This document shows, piece after piece, positions 26,576-42,128 of a DNA stretch of 64,000 bases (the first letter of the stretch is position 1; each line of letters opens with the position of its first letter). Source of the DNA: Octopus vulgaris (taxonomy: Eukaryota); assembly GCA_951406725.2 (NCBI GenBank), contig OX597841.1, positions 1,550,001 through 1,614,000 of the forward strand, written 5' to 3'. The notes beneath the pieces are model-generated. The model did not search any database and was not told the origin of the DNA. It was given only the letters and a program-made list of their open reading frames with translations. The position numbers were made by a program, and so were the translations under genes.

Positions 26576-26689
26576 ATCACTCGCAAATCACATTTATGTC
26601 TGAATGGTTGTCGCATGGAACAAAATAAACGCAGAAGAAAATATATATTTAAACAAATAAAAAATAAAAAGACTGTCATAGAAAAATAG
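26576..26689 (+). CDS. candidate alternative terminal exon
   Basis: ~95-nt pyrimidine tract then CATCCAG acceptor. Phase 0 reads ITRKSHLCLNGCRMEQNKRRRKYIFKQIKNKKTVIEK* (to 26689); phase 1 reads DHSQITFMSEWLSHGTK* (to 26628). Confidence 0.35.
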   Translation: MTRKSHLCLNGCRMEQNKRRRKYIFKQIKNKKTVIEK

Positions 26690-26701
26690 GGAACTATATA
26701 C

Positions 26702-26750
<49 letters not shown>

Positions 26751-27071
26751 CATATATATATATATATGCATATACAAAGTGCCCGAAATTTTTCTAATGA
26801 TTTAAATAATTGAATAAAAATTTTAAAAAAGAGGCAAAGAGAGACAAAATATATATAACACATATGAGGCATTATAAGTAGATGCTCTTAATTATAAGTA
26901 ATAGCATGGTCGTTCCGAAAAGCAATGGTGATGTGGTTCAAGCCTTGTTGAAGGACCTGGCTTGTTTTTTTTTTTTGTTTTTTTTTGTTTCTTTTTTTTT
27001 GTTTTTTTACTATCTTAAGTTCATGCTTATAATGTCTTATATCATTTATATATATATCGTAATCTTAGCTG

Positions 27072-27114
<43 letters not shown>

Positions 27115-27737
27115 TTTGTGTGGATGTGTGGATGTATGTGAATACTTATATATATATATATACATAGAAATATTTTTTAAAAACATCGACAACAAATCAT
27201 ATATGGATGAGACTGCAGCTGGTCAATATGGGTTAGTATAAAAATAATAATAACAATAGTAATACCAGTTGACTACACTCACCACAAGCTTTGTAGTAAG
27301 TTTCTAGTAGTTAGTAGTACCAAGCTCCAACCATATTTGTGTGTTTTATTCTATTTTTGTTGTGTGTTGTTTGTTTGTGATTTTATTTTTTTTAAATAGT
27401 GTTGCCATTATTATTATTGTAGAGGTGATGGGTACGTTCTCCGCCCCACTTATCTTCATCGGACCGTTTGAACCTCTAAGTCGTAAACAACTATATTTTC
27501 ATATGTACCACAGAGTCTGGGATTTGAAACTATGATCTTACAATCACAAAGTCATGGCCCTTCACACACACCTACATACTTATGGGCTTCCACTCAGTCT
27601 CCTTCTACCAAATTTGCGGACAATGGTATTGGTTTGCAAGGCGCTATAATAGAAGACACTTGCCCAAGGTGCCACAGAATGAGAATGAACCTGAAATCAC
27701 ATGATTGCAAAACAATTTTCTTAACCTCACAGCCATA

Positions 27738-28155
27738 CCTATTTCTTTACTGCCCACAAGGGGCTAAAAACAGAGAGGACAAAGAAGGACAGACAAACGG
27801 ATTAAGTCAATTACATTGACCCAAATGCATAACTGGTACTTAATTTATCGACCACGAAAGGATGAAAGGCAAAGTCGACCTCGGCGGAATTTGAACTCAG
27901 AACACATCGACGGGCGAAATACCTATTTCTTTACTGCCCACAAGGGGCTAAACACAGAGGGGACAAAGAAGGACAGACAAACGGATTAAGTCGATTACAT
28001 CAACCCAAATGCGTAACTGGTACTTAATTTATCGACCCCGAAAGGATGAAAGGCAAAGTCGACCTCGGCGGAATTTGAACTCAGAACACATCGACGGGCG
28101 AAATACCGCTAAGTATTCCGTCCAGCGTGCTAACGTTTCTGCAAGCTCGCTGCCT
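27738..28155 (-). mobile_element. SINE type A, dimeric, adjoining an older type B copy
   Basis: Two units plus a head; CACAGCCATACCT occurs on both sides (~27729 and ~28211). Confidence 0.85.
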
Positions 28156-28384
28156 TAACCAGCTCACCGCCTTAACCAGCTCGCCATCTTTGCCAGTTTA
28201 GCGCCTTCCTCACAGCCATACCTGCATGTAAAACTAATAGGAACAGGCCCTGTTTACAAAAAAAGAGGCAGTGGCATGTTCAGTAGCACAATATGTTGTG
28301 CTAAGTAGTGAAAAACTATTATCTGCAACTAGAAATATCAAAGAAGTGTGTGGAATGGTGAGAGGTTTAAGGAATAGAAGCACT

Positions 28385-28685
28385 ATCCGACTCATGGCCG
28401 ATGCCAGCACCGCCTCGACTGGCTTCTGTGCCGGTGGCACATAAAATACACCAATCCGACCGTGGCCGTTGCCAGCCTCGCCTGGCACCTGTGCAGGTGG
28501 CACGTAAAAAGCACCCACTACATTCACGGAGTGGTTGGCGTTAGGAAGGGCATCCAGCTGTAGAAACATTGCCAGATAAGACTGGAGCCTGGTGCAGCCT
28601 TCTGGCTTCCCAGATTCCCGGTCGAACCGTCCAACCCATGCTAGCATGGAGAACGGACGTTAAACGATGATGATGATGATGATGA
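28385..28685 (+). mobile_element. SINE type C with an RTE-like tail
   Basis: GGCGTTAGGAAGGGCATCCAGCTGTAGAAAC...GGACGTTAAACGATGATGAT. Confidence 0.8.
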
Positions 28686-28769
28686 AGGGAGAACAAGGTG
28701 AGAAACAGGTGGAAAGTGAAAGAACTATTTGACTAATTAATGCAACAAATTGAGGATGATTAAAGCAAA

Positions 28770-29140
28770 GAACATTGGCTGGAGTCAAGAGGCAGAATCC
28801 TGAAAGGAGAAATTAAATCACTACTTATAACTGCTCAAGAACAAGCCATTAGATAAATGGTGAAGAAAACAAAGATTGATAAGAATCAGCCAAGCAGCAA
28901 ATAGGGAATGTGTAGAAAAAGGAACGAAAGTATTAATCAGGTTGTTAGTGAGTGCAACAATATAAACGTTGGCATTATTTGGGAAAAGATTGCTCTGGGA
29001 TGTTTGCCAATTTTCTTGGTTTGAAGTTATGAAAAGTGATATGAATATGAGCCAAAAGCTGCCCCATGGTGATTGATAATTTCAAGATTTTATTGGTTTA
29101 CTCCATTAAAACTGAAGCAAAGAGACTAGATATGATTGTA
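28770..29140 (+). pseudogene. decayed R4/Dong-like LINE fragment (zinc-knuckle region)
   Basis: Broken frames give SLLITAQEQAIR, KIDKNQPSSK*GMCRKRNESINQVVSEC and RLDMIV. Confidence 0.6.
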
Positions 29141-29807
29141 TATGGTGTACACAAATACATGCAACATTTAGAGTTTAGAATTACGAATTGAAGTCAATCA
29201 CTTGAGGTTCAAATGGTCACCACAAGGCTATCCCTGTACCCAGCTTTGCACTTAGTATCCCTGCCCCCTTCCACATCTACATCACATTTGCAAAGCTTCC
29301 ACACTTTATGTGTTGCCAGGTTTAAATATCGCTACCTGAACCCTGCTCTTGGGATTGAGAACATAAATACTTTGATGTGCTGCTTCCTACAGAAGCAACC
29401 CACGCTTCTTCCAGATTTCCCCGTCCCTTCTGCCTGTCTCAGAGGCTTTGCTGTTATCACAGACCCTGCCCCTTGATGCTTCTAATTAAATCATTTATTA
29501 AAAGATAGACATCCAATTCCTAATTGCTATTTCATTAAATACATTACTTCACATCTTAGAGAATTTTGTATTCAGTACTTTATTTGCACTGTGTGTGTGT
29601 GTATGTATTTGTTCGTGTGTGTGCATGAGTGAGTTTGAGTGTTTGTGTATATGTATGAGTATATAAGTGTGTGTGTGTGTGTGTTTCCCCATATAAACAT
29701 ATAGCTATATAGCACAGCTATGTATGTACACATTTGTGGTGTGAGGCACTTGACATAACTGAATGTTTATAGTTCTGTAGTCTTGTCCAAAAGTGAAATG
29801 AACAAGT

Positions 29808-29842
<35 letters not shown>

Positions 29843-30436
29843 TATATCCAAACTATACATACAAATCTCATCACAGACGCATATATATATACACATCTAG
29901 ATACATGTCTAGTTGTATATATATGTGTGTGTGTTTGTGTGTGTATGTGTGTGTTCATTTCTATCATTTATTGTATTGATAAAATTATACTTTATATACA
30001 TATGTTTATTTTATGATTTGTTCTTGTAAAATTATATGTGTTTTTATAATGTAAAAAATTCTGTCTATCTAATGAGAATGGCTTAGCTGGCTGAACCTTC
30101 ACAGTTACTGTTATTAACACACCTGTATGAGAATGATGAATTTCTACTCTGCAAAAGTATAATGCAACCCATCAGATTAATATAAAATTGTTTTTATCAT
30201 AACTGAACATGAAAAACACACATTCATATAAATATCGAATGATACAGTGACAGAGACTCACATACAGCACTTGAAGTTTCTGTAACAATGATAGAACGAT
30301 TACGGGAACCTGAAACTCCATGTAACAGAAACTGTCCAACGAATGGGAACCTGAAACTCCGAGTAACAGCTTTTGTTACATTTCTGCTGCTTTTAAATAA
30401 AGTATATATATGTATATATATATATATATATATATA

Positions 30437-30780
<344 letters not shown>

Positions 30781-31254
30781 TTATATATATATACATAGAT
30801 ATATGTATATATATATATATACATATATATATATGTATGTATATACATTTACCATTGTGGTTTTTCCGTATATCCTTCAATTTATTACATCAACTATTTC
30901 AACCAACACATGATAGGGTTTTTGCCAAGTTCTGGAAATCAACTCATAAAGTGATATGTCTTTCATATGATCTAATGCCCACAGAAGATCCTTTTTATCC
31001 CCACCAGTGGTGCAATTTTTCTTTATTTTTTAACGTTTTTTTTTGTGTTTGCAAGAGCAGCAGACTTGCAACAGCAGAAGAAATGCAGTGATCAGTGTAT
31101 TGTTGATACAGAAACTTGAAGTCCTGTATGTGAGTCTCTATAAACTGTATCACTCAATAACTACAGTCCACATTTCCAATGATATTGAGTATTGAGGTCT
31201 GCCTTTTTTGTCATCATACACAATTTGTCTTCATTAGAATAGAAGATCTGAAAT

Positions 31255-31300
31255 CCACCTGATGAATGTCCTGAGAAGAGACATGAAACAATTGTAGTGG
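31255..31300 (+). ncRNA. canonical minimal hammerhead ribozyme
   Basis: CCAC-CTGATGA-ATGTC ctgagaaga GACAT-GAAA-CAATTG-T-A-GTGG. All core bases and all three stems are intact. Confidence 0.85.
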
Positions 31301-31399
31301 CGAATATAATTTTATTTAATTTATATTAAATTTTTTTATGTATTGGATTAAGTCTTTCTTTGTTTGATTTGCAAAATAGTGGTTTTGTCTCTAATTAAA

Positions 31400-31481
<82 letters not shown>

Positions 31482-31593
31482 AGTATATATATATATGTAT
31501 ATATATATATGTATATATATATGTATATATATATGTATATATATATGTATATATATATATGTATATATATATGTATATATATATAAGTATATA

Positions 31594-31711
<118 letters not shown>

Positions 31712-31716
31712 GTATG

Positions 31717-31776
<60 letters not shown>

Positions 31777-33025
31777 CATGTTCTTAATTTTGACTTGTAT
31801 TTTGTTTACTGTCAAGATGTAATTAAAACTGTACTAATTCATCCTCTAATGTGCCCTGTTTTTTGTAGATGCTGTGGACTGTCAGCGCTCACCTATTTGT
31901 CATTCACCAGGTCCTTTGATAAAGGTCTTTGATTTTCCTGGGGTCCATGACTCTCCAAAGAGAATGTCCTGCCTAATAAGTTGGAAACGATGTCGAGAAT
32001 GTACCTTCACTGACCAATCATCAGATGAGGTAATTTCACATTGTCCCCATAAGCTATTGTCATCCTCATCATCCTCATCATTATCATTCTCTTCATCATC
32101 ATTTAACGTCCACTTTTCTATGCTTGCATGGGTTAGAAGTTATTTGTGGAGGCAGAGTTTCTTCTACGCATTGGATACCCTTCCAGTCACCAACCTGTAC
32201 TTGTTTCAAAATAGGGCAATATTTTCCCATGACTAGACATTTACACTCATCATGTGACAAGGCTAACACACACACACACACACACACACATATATTAGCA
32301 ATACATCCTGGCGTTGCCCAGATGTTATGACCCACAGCCACATTGTATTATTTGTTCCTTTCTTATGAGCAAAATCAGCACACGAGGAGTGTGAAGCAAA
32401 CAATTCTCCTTTATAAACATGATTTTCAGTCATTTTGTGATGAACAATGCTGAAATATTTGACACCAAAAACATGTACAAAGGTAGCTTGCCCCCAAAAT
32501 GACCTAAAAATTGTGCGACAAAACCTTGTTTTGGAGTTAATTTTTGTAACGAAATAGGTTTGGTGTGCCAAAAAGTTACTTTACGCTGGTAGCCGAAAGA
32601 TTGCTCAATGTTTTGATATCTGATACACCAATATTGGCAACTCATTATCATGGCTACAAATCAAGTAATTTAGAAGCTGAAATAGTTCTTACCCGTCCCA
32701 TATTTGTTGATAACTGTAAACACATACATATATACATTAGCTTCCCCAATGAAAAGGCCATCTTCAAAAGTATTATGGTTTTCTGCAAGCATATTGGCCA
32801 AACTAGAACATAGTATTATACTGAGTCAGGGTACATAAGCAACAAATTTGTGTAGAATGCTCCTGTGCAAATGGGAAATTTAAATTTTTCAATTTCTTCA
32901 AAATGAAGGAAGAAAATGATCAATTATGAAGGGGAATAACCCTTTGATTCTAAGTCTACTGGGTGACTAAACAATAACAAAAATCTTTTTATTCTATTGT
33001 ATTTTTATCTGCCTTCAGAATCGTT

Positions 33026-34258
33026 TTAACCCTTTCGTTACCAACCCGGCTGAAACCGGCTCTGGCTCTGTAGTATAAATGTCTTGTTTTCATAAATTTT
33101 GAATTAAAATCTTCCACCAAACTTTAGTCACACTTTATGTTCCTAACACTAGCTTAATGATAACAAAGTTATTTTACTAAATTCTTTGTTATATTTAAAG
33201 TAATTGAAAGAAACTCAGAGCATCTCAACAGAAGTATAGTAACAAGAGGGTTAAAATATATAATAGAGAAACAATTCTTAACTCTTTTGATACCAACCAG
33301 GCTGAAACCGGCTCTGTAGTACAAATGTCTTGTTTTCATAAATTTTGAATTAAAATCTTCCACCAAACTTTAGTCATAATTTATGTTCCTAGCACGAGCT
33401 TAATGATAACGAAGTTATTTTACTAAATTCTTTGTTACATCTAAAATAATTGAGAGAATCACAGAGCATCTCAAAATAAATATGGTAACAAAAGGGTTGA
33501 AATATATAATAGAGAAACAATTCTTAACCCTTTTGATACCAACCTGGCTGAAACCGGCTCTGGCTCTGTAGTACAAATGTCTTGTTTTCATAAGTTTTGA
33601 ATTAAAATCTTCCACCAAACTTTAGTCACAATTTATGTTCCTAACACTAGCTTAATGATAACTAAGTTATTTTACTAAATTCTTTGTTACATTTAAAATT
33701 AATTGAAAGAAACACAGAGCATCTCAAAATAAATATGGTAACAAAAGGGTTGAAATATATAATAGAGAAACAATTCTTAACTCTTTCATTACCAACCTGG
33801 CTGGAACCGGCTCTGGCTCTGTAGTACAAATGTCTTGTTTTCATAAATTTTGAATTAAAATCTTCCACCAAACTTTAGTCACAATTTATGTTCCTAACAC
33901 TAGCTGAATTATAACTAAGATATTTTTCTAAATTCATTGTTATATTTAAAATTAATTGAGAGAATCACAGAGCATCTCAAAATAAATATGGTAACAAAAG
34001 GGTTGAAATATATAATAGAGAAACAATTCTTAACTCTTTCGATACCAACCTGGCTGAAACCGGCTCTGGCTCTGTAGTACAAATGTCTTGTTTTCATAAG
34101 TTTTGAATTAAAATCTTCCACCAAACTTTAGTCATAATTTATGTTCCTAGCACGAGCTTAATGATAACGAAGTTATTTTACTAAATTCTTTGTTACATCT
34201 AAAATAATTGAGAGAATCACAGAGCATCTCAAAATAAATATGGTAACAAAAGGGTTAA
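33026..34258. mobile_element. tandem array of five piggyBac-like MITEs (~250-bp period)
   Basis: TTAA CCCTTTCGTTACC...GGTAACAAAAGGG TTAA termini; the spacer ATATATAATAGAGAAACAATTC is repeated between copies. Confidence 0.85.
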
Positions 34259-34360
34259 GATTCATCTTAACATTTCATCTTCATTTTCATCTTTCTTGTT
34301 ATCATCAGCTACATGTTCACCTTTCTCTCATGTGTCCCTTTTTTCTGTCTCTTTTTACAG

Positions 34361-34483
34361 GACAGTGACCCCAATTTCCAACTAGAAGACAAGCTAATGG
34401 TCCCCAGCAACAAAACATCAATCACAGTCAACAATATTCAGGACATAAGACTCGCTTCATCGTGTTCCTTTGCTAACACTTGA
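34361..34483 (+). CDS. candidate terminal coding exon
   Basis: Strong acceptor CCCTTTTTTCTGTCTCTTTTTACAG. Only phase 0 stays open: DSDPNFQLEDKLMVPSNKTSITVNNIQDIRLASSCSFANT*. Followed by ~5 kb without SINEs. Confidence 0.55.
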   Translation, partial: DSDPNFQLEDKLMVPSNKTSITVNNIQDIRLASSCSFANT

Positions 34484-34895
34484 CACTAACAGCTCTAAAC
34501 GAATTTCGGATAAAGACCCTCCTCCCTCCTTCTCTTTGCCTCCATACAATTTACAAATGATTGAATTCATTGATTGATTGATTAATTGATTGATCGATTG
34601 ATTGTCACTCAAACAATAATAACAATTACGAATAATAACAAAAAAAACCAATAACTTTATTAACAATAACAATAATACTAACAATTGCAAAAAAAAAAAA
34701 ATATATATACAATACATTGATTTTTCTAATCCTGAGTCATAAACTCAACGTATAAAAGAAAAAAGACTTTTGAAAAATATATATATATATATATTTAAAG
34801 AAAAGTAAAAGAACATGACTGTAAAAAATATAATAATAATAATATTAATAACAATAATCATAATAATAATAATGATAATAATAATAATGAAACAG

Positions 34896-35018
<123 letters not shown>

Positions 35019-35105
35019 ATGAATAACAGGAAAGGACAAAAACAATATCAATTCGATTTCAAATCAAAATAATAAAAACAAAACATTTATGAACATATAT
35101 ATATA

Positions 35106-35136
<31 letters not shown>

Positions 35137-35242
35137 GTATGTATATGTGTGTATATATATGTGTGTGTGTGTGTATGTATGTGTTTATATGTATGTATGT
35201 TTGTATGTATATATGTATGATATATATATATATGTATGTATG

Positions 35243-35278
<36 letters not shown>

Positions 35279-36081
35279 CTAAAAGTATCATCGTCTTTGG
35301 TTTTAGCACTACCACTACCACTACTGTTACCACTACTACTTCTTCCACAAGTTACCAACATCACAATCATCACCATAACAAGCAAGTGAAATAAAATATA
35401 TAATAATAATGATGATAATGATAATTGAATAACTACAACAACAACAACAACAACAATAACAGCAAATGTTTAACAACAACGGATCGTACAGGATGGTCTC
35501 AGTTGGAGCACCTTTCGTTGTAGGTCTGCTTCTGTTTCTCCTCGATCCTTGCGGAGTGTGTAACCATCTGACTCTGGGGGAAAGGTGGTGCTGGTGCTGG
35601 TGCTGGTGGTGTGTGGTGGTGGTGGTGGTGATGGTGGTGGTGGTGGTGTGTGGAAGGGAGGAGTGTAAACATCAAAAATGTGAAGGTACATGAAAAAGAG
35701 AGAAGGAACGTTTAAAGAAAGGGTCTTAGTAGTAGCTGTAATAATAATAATAATAATAACAATAATAATGGATGGATGGATGGATGGTTGAATGAATGGA
35801 TGGATGGAGTGGATTCCATCATAGTTGCGTTGTTCCTCCATGATGTTAGATGGAGGAGGAAGCTATTTAGTGAGGCTGATCTTGGGAGCTGGCTGTGTGC
35901 AGAGGGTCCGTTAAAGCAGATGGTGGACTACTAAGCAAAACAACAAACAAACAACAACAACAACAGCAACAAAAATCACCATGCAACCAATTTGTTCCCA
36001 GCTTCCTCGTCGTCACCACTTTACCCGTCGTTGATGCTACTACTGTCGGAACTAATCAAGGAGAGTCAAACACACAAAATA

Positions 36082-36120
<39 letters not shown>

Positions 36121-36529
36121 GATAATGATAATAATAATAATATTGGAGTATGTCCCACCTCCCTTCCCGTGCCACCGCAGTTTTTTTTTGCTATTGGTGG
36201 TGATGGTCGTGGTGGAGATGGTGGTGGTGGTGGTGGTTTGTGTGTGTGACTTGAACAACAAACGAATAATTTCCTTCCCACCCGAGCTCAGCTACCTCCT
36301 CTTCTGTGTGAATCTCTCCCTCCATCTCTTTCTCTCTATAGCATGTATATATACAACACATACGTATGTGTGTGTATGTATGTATATATATATATATATA
36401 TATATATAACCTGTTTTAATCTGCAACATGTGCACCCAATCCACTGAGACATCCACAACCCGAAACAAACTGAAAAATATTTAATTTAAAAGTAATTGAA
36501 ACACACACATATATATATATTATATACAC

Positions 36530-36605
<76 letters not shown>

Positions 36606-36852
36606 TGACATATATATATATATATATATATATATGTGACATATATTATATATATATATATATATGTATATATACACGTATATACATACATATATATATG
36701 TATATATATACATACATATATATATAAAATGTCAACAAACGGAGCACATATATTGCACATACATGCATAAATAGATGTATACTATTATGGTTATTAACTT
36801 TTTTTTGTTACTTTGCAGTTTTTGCTAGTTGTTTTTAATATACATTTAAAAG

Positions 36853-36906
<54 letters not shown>

Positions 36907-37790
36907 GGCTCTCAAGAAGTAACCCAGCAATTTTGTAAAAATGAAAAACACAAAATAACAAACTACCCTGTATAATTACAGAGAAATACATGGCTTTATG
37001 GTCAATGGTCTTGTTATTCAATCCATATTGGAAACCAGAGAGAAAGATAATCAAAAACAAATAGGATGTGTTGGGCATGGTTAGGTTGTCACTAGTGTTT
37101 CGTTGTTATAAGAATGGAGGGGGCTGTATGTCTGCATGTGGCCAGGGTACTGTATGATGCATGAGAAAAAAAAAAAATGATGGTGTCTACGCACGTTTTT
37201 CGTTGAAAGCTCACCTTCTTCTCCGTTATCTCTGTAATATTTAGTAGTTAAACACATACACACGCCGGTCTGCATCGTTTACATCTACACTGTAACATGT
37301 TGAAGAAAAACAATGAGGTAGACATCAACGCTAGACACCGACATTACACCACACCACTTTTGTAGTTGTTTAGTGATACGAGATGAAGGGAACAACTAGG
37401 GTTGTTGTTGTTGTTGTTGTTGTTGTTGTTATTGTTATTGTTGTTGTTGTTTCCGGTGGTGAGCAAGTGATAATGGTTGTTGTATATATCGTAGTAATTG
37501 TTGTTGCTAATGACGTTCATTAAACAACTAAATTTGTTATTAATTAAAGCAATGCCTGAGAGAAAGTGTGCCAGGAAAAAGAAAGAAGTGAGGTAATATA
37601 TATGTATATACATATATACATACACATATATATATGTATATATATATATATGTGTATATATACATACATATATATATGTATGTATATATATATATATACA
37701 TATATACATATATATATATACATATATACATACACATATATATATACATATATATATATGTATATATATACATATATACATCATACATAC

Positions 37791-37851
<61 letters not shown>

Positions 37852-37932
37852 TGTATATATATCCTTACGTATATTTGAATTTATTTCTGTATGTATACAA
37901 AAAACAATATATATATATATACACACACATGC

Positions 37933-37970
<38 letters not shown>

Positions 37971-38610
37971 ATATATAAGAATCTCAAAGACTGCTTTCAC
38001 AGAAAGAATTTGAGGAGCGACTCAGACGATTCCTACAGATTCCCACACAGAATATCGGAATGTTTCCGAAGGAAACTCGAAGACAATACCAAGAATGCAG
38101 TATTCTTATTGAAAATCAAAAATTGAAGCGGATTACAAAAAACAAAAACAAAAAAAAAAAAAAGAAAACAAGAAAAGACAAAAAACTATGTACATTTGTT
38201 TTTTTTTTTTTTTTTTTTTTTTCTTCATGAATGATATTTATGAAACTTATTTACACTTAATTACAATTAATAAGAGTAATAACAACAACAACAACAACAA
38301 CAAGAAAAAATTAGTAATAATAATAATAATAATAATAATGATAGTAATGTGAATGATGTTGATGATGATGATGATGATAAATATAATGATCACAGAAGGA
38401 AGGACTCCCAAATCCAAAAAAAAAAACCCCATAATATATGCAAATATTAAACTCACATGAGTGTGTGTGTATATGTATATATGTGTATGTATGTTTGTTT
38501 GTATATGTAATCTTCAATGCGCGCGCCCCAAATTTGGCATCCTCTATGCACATTCACTAAGGATCACTAGATATGTTTGTTTTGTATGTATATATATGCA
38601 TATGTATACA

Positions 38611-38681
<71 letters not shown>

Positions 38682-38982
38682 GTAATATAAATCAATAAAT
38701 ATACACACACTCACACAGATATATATATATATATATATATGTATATGTATATATATGTACACATAGATATATGTATATATCTAAACACATACATTTCTTG
38801 ATATCATTCCTTCTCCTTGTGTGAAGAAGTAGAAGAAGAAAAAAGAAGAAGAAGGAGAAGAAGAAAGGTAGAACTCCTTTACGTTTGTTTTTCGCTCATG
38901 TTAATTTCATCTTCTTTTCTTCATATCGTTTATTTAACCAAATAAATTCAATTCCATATTTTTATTTAGATAAGAAACATGC

Positions 38983-39020
<38 letters not shown>

Positions 39021-39054
39021 TTACGTATCCAGTGTGTGTCTGTGTGTATATGTG

Positions 39055-39120
<66 letters not shown>

Positions 39121-39477
39121 CATATGTATATATATATATATGGATATATGTATATAAATGTGTGTATATATGAGTCTAGGTTTTGTTGTTGCAAAATCCC
39201 TCTGCATTTCCCTTCGTGATGTAAATAATGAAGTTGAATGATGATTTTGATGATAGTGACTGCAAAGTATGTTAATTTGATGACTATCCTGATAAAAGTT
39301 AGAAGTAGTCACTGATGAGAGTAAAGGTGATTTGTGATGATTATGTATACAGGTGTTTCTTAGACAACTGCAAAATTCTACTAAACCACTATGATCATAT
39401 TAATAACCTTATAGATATTATTCGTATATTATGATTATTAATGATAATAATAGTAATAATAATAATAATAATAATAC

Positions 39478-39860
39478 ACAACCATGATCTGGGATATGGT
39501 AATGCACACTAACAGGCAGATGAAGGCTAATTGGACAGACATTGTTGTCAAGAGCCACTAAGACACAAATGCCTTCTAATATATATATATATCAGTCCCA
39601 GCAGATGACAATGTATCTCTAAAAGAAATGGAGAAAATGTCATAACACAAAGATCTCGAAATAGAGATAGCCACAACAGAGAGCCAGAAATCTGGAACAA
39701 TCCCTATAATAAAAGGTGCTTTGAGCATGGTCAAAAAATTTGTAGACAAGTACATAACCAATACTTCAGGATTAACAAATATATATGTATATTATATATA
39801 ACACATGGAAAATAGCACTGCTAGACATTGCACCCATCCTACATAGAGCACCCTCTCAAT
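39478..39860 (+). pseudogene. decayed R4/Dong-like LINE restriction-like endonuclease domain
   Basis: TMIWDMVMHTNRQMKANWTDIVVK...ISVPADDNVSLKEMEKMS*HKDLEIEI, with stops and frameshifts; follows an (AAT)n run. Confidence 0.75.
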
Positions 39861-40295
39861 ACAGTAAAAATAACAGCACCAAAACAAACCACTGCACATG
39901 CGTTTAAGACTGTTGCGTCTCTAAGCTGCTGGAAGGAGCTGAGATGTGACATAAATAACCCAAGGAAAGAAAGAATAAGGATGATGTCGATGATGATGAT
40001 GATGATGACCACGATGACAATGATGATGATGATATTTTTCTAAAATAGGCACCTGTTAAATACTGATGAGGACAATGATGTCAGTGGTTCTATATGCATA
40101 TGACCAGTCATTATTAATTGCTTTTTATGGTATATATTAATTAATAGATTAACGACAAGTTAAAAGAAGAAAGAGAAAAGCTAAACAAAGCATGATAGAT
40201 ATTTCCCTCTTCTGCTTTTTACTCTCTTCCTGCTACTCTGTGTGTGTGTATATATATATATATATATACATACATATATATATGTATAATTTCAT

Positions 40296-40327
<32 letters not shown>

Positions 40328-41107
40328 CATATGTATTATATATATATAATTTCATTATATATATATAATATATATATATAATATATATATATACATATGT
40401 ATTATATATATATAATTTTAAACATACATACACACTCACACATATATATATGGATACAGATGCATGTATGTAGATATTTATTATTATTATTATTAATTTG
40501 AGCAATTAGTTGTGTAATTAGGACACTAATTGGTTGGTTCTGCTGGATCCAGAAGACGGAAGCAGTTTGTGGAACGAGACGTGAAGAGTTTTCGATTACG
40601 ATGTGTGTATGTCGGGGCAATGTATGCATGGAATCGTATATAAACATGTTTGGTTTAAACTATGCATAGCACACTGTAAACCCGAGACCAAATAGTTAAT
40701 TGTTTCTAGTTTTATTATGACATATCACATTATTCATTTATTTGTTAACCTGGTAATGTAGAGGATAAGAAAATTTTGAGCTTGTTGTGAAATGAGTTTT
40801 GGGAGAGCAGCGATTCTCTCGACTAGAAACTACATCTCAGTGGAATGGAAACTGGAGAAATATATATATAGAGAGAGAGACGAGATGGGACAATAGGATT
40901 GTGCCTAGGATGACGAGGGAGGATTTGAGCTTTTGGCCATACTGATGGTCATCTTCAAGAAGTGTTGACCAAGGGAGGAAAAATTTTGTTTGAGAAAGGG
41001 TTGTGTTTGTGTGTGTCCTTATGCAACTATTGTATAATTTACACAAAAAATATCAAAAATGATAGAAATAACAAGATTTTGAAGATGACTATTAAATAGA
41101 TTCTCAA

Positions 41108-41138
<31 letters not shown>

Positions 41139-41258
41139 GGAAATATATGTGTGTATGTATATATTTATGAATGTTTGTGTATATATATATATATATGTAA
41201 ATGTATATACATATGTATGTATATATGCATATAACACACGCAAAATGTACATTACATT

Positions 41259-41302
<44 letters not shown>

Positions 41303-41481
41303 GAAACAAATATATATTTATATATAGGTTTATATATATATATACATACATGCATACATACATGTATATACATATAGATATATGTTTGTGTGTGTGTATG
41401 TAATATATATATATATATATGGAAAGAAAGATATGTGAATATAATACATATATACATGTTTTGCATATATACATACATATA

Positions 41482-41525
<44 letters not shown>

Positions 41526-41710
41526 TATATAGACATGCGCACATGCATGCATGAATTGTAACCAATTCATGCATGGAAAATTTTACTGTGAATAATGAAA
41601 ATTTTGGAAACCATTTTTTTCTTTAATATTATCAACTTGCTTGTTCAAATTGTTTATACTTTTTGGTTTTTCATTTCAAAATTATTTGTTTTCTCCTTAG
41701 CATTATTCAA

Positions 41711-41760
<50 letters not shown>

Positions 41761-42016
41761 TATTATAGTAGAAATGAAAGAAAAAAATTAAGAAAGAATT
41801 CACAAAAGTGAAAGAGATAAAAAAAAATATTTAAAAAAAAAAAAGCTCTGGAGACTTTTTCCCCCCACCTCTTCCCATCCCGTTGTTACTTGTTTTAGCG
41901 AATGAGTGTATGTGCGCTTGTATGCATCACTGGATTTGTATGCACATCTATTTATGCATCTGTATGTGTATAAATACATGTATAAATATATATACACACA
42001 CACATATATATATATG

Positions 42017-42057
<41 letters not shown>

Positions 42058-42082
42058 ATATATGTATATATATGTGTGTATG

Positions 42083-42128
<46 letters not shown>

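Noticed and set aside
39312-40090. CTGATGA motifs at ~39312 and ~40062, and similar hits at 7872, 15758, 17980, 20201 and 54174
   Set aside because: No properly placed GAAA with paired stems, so they are not counted as hammerheads.
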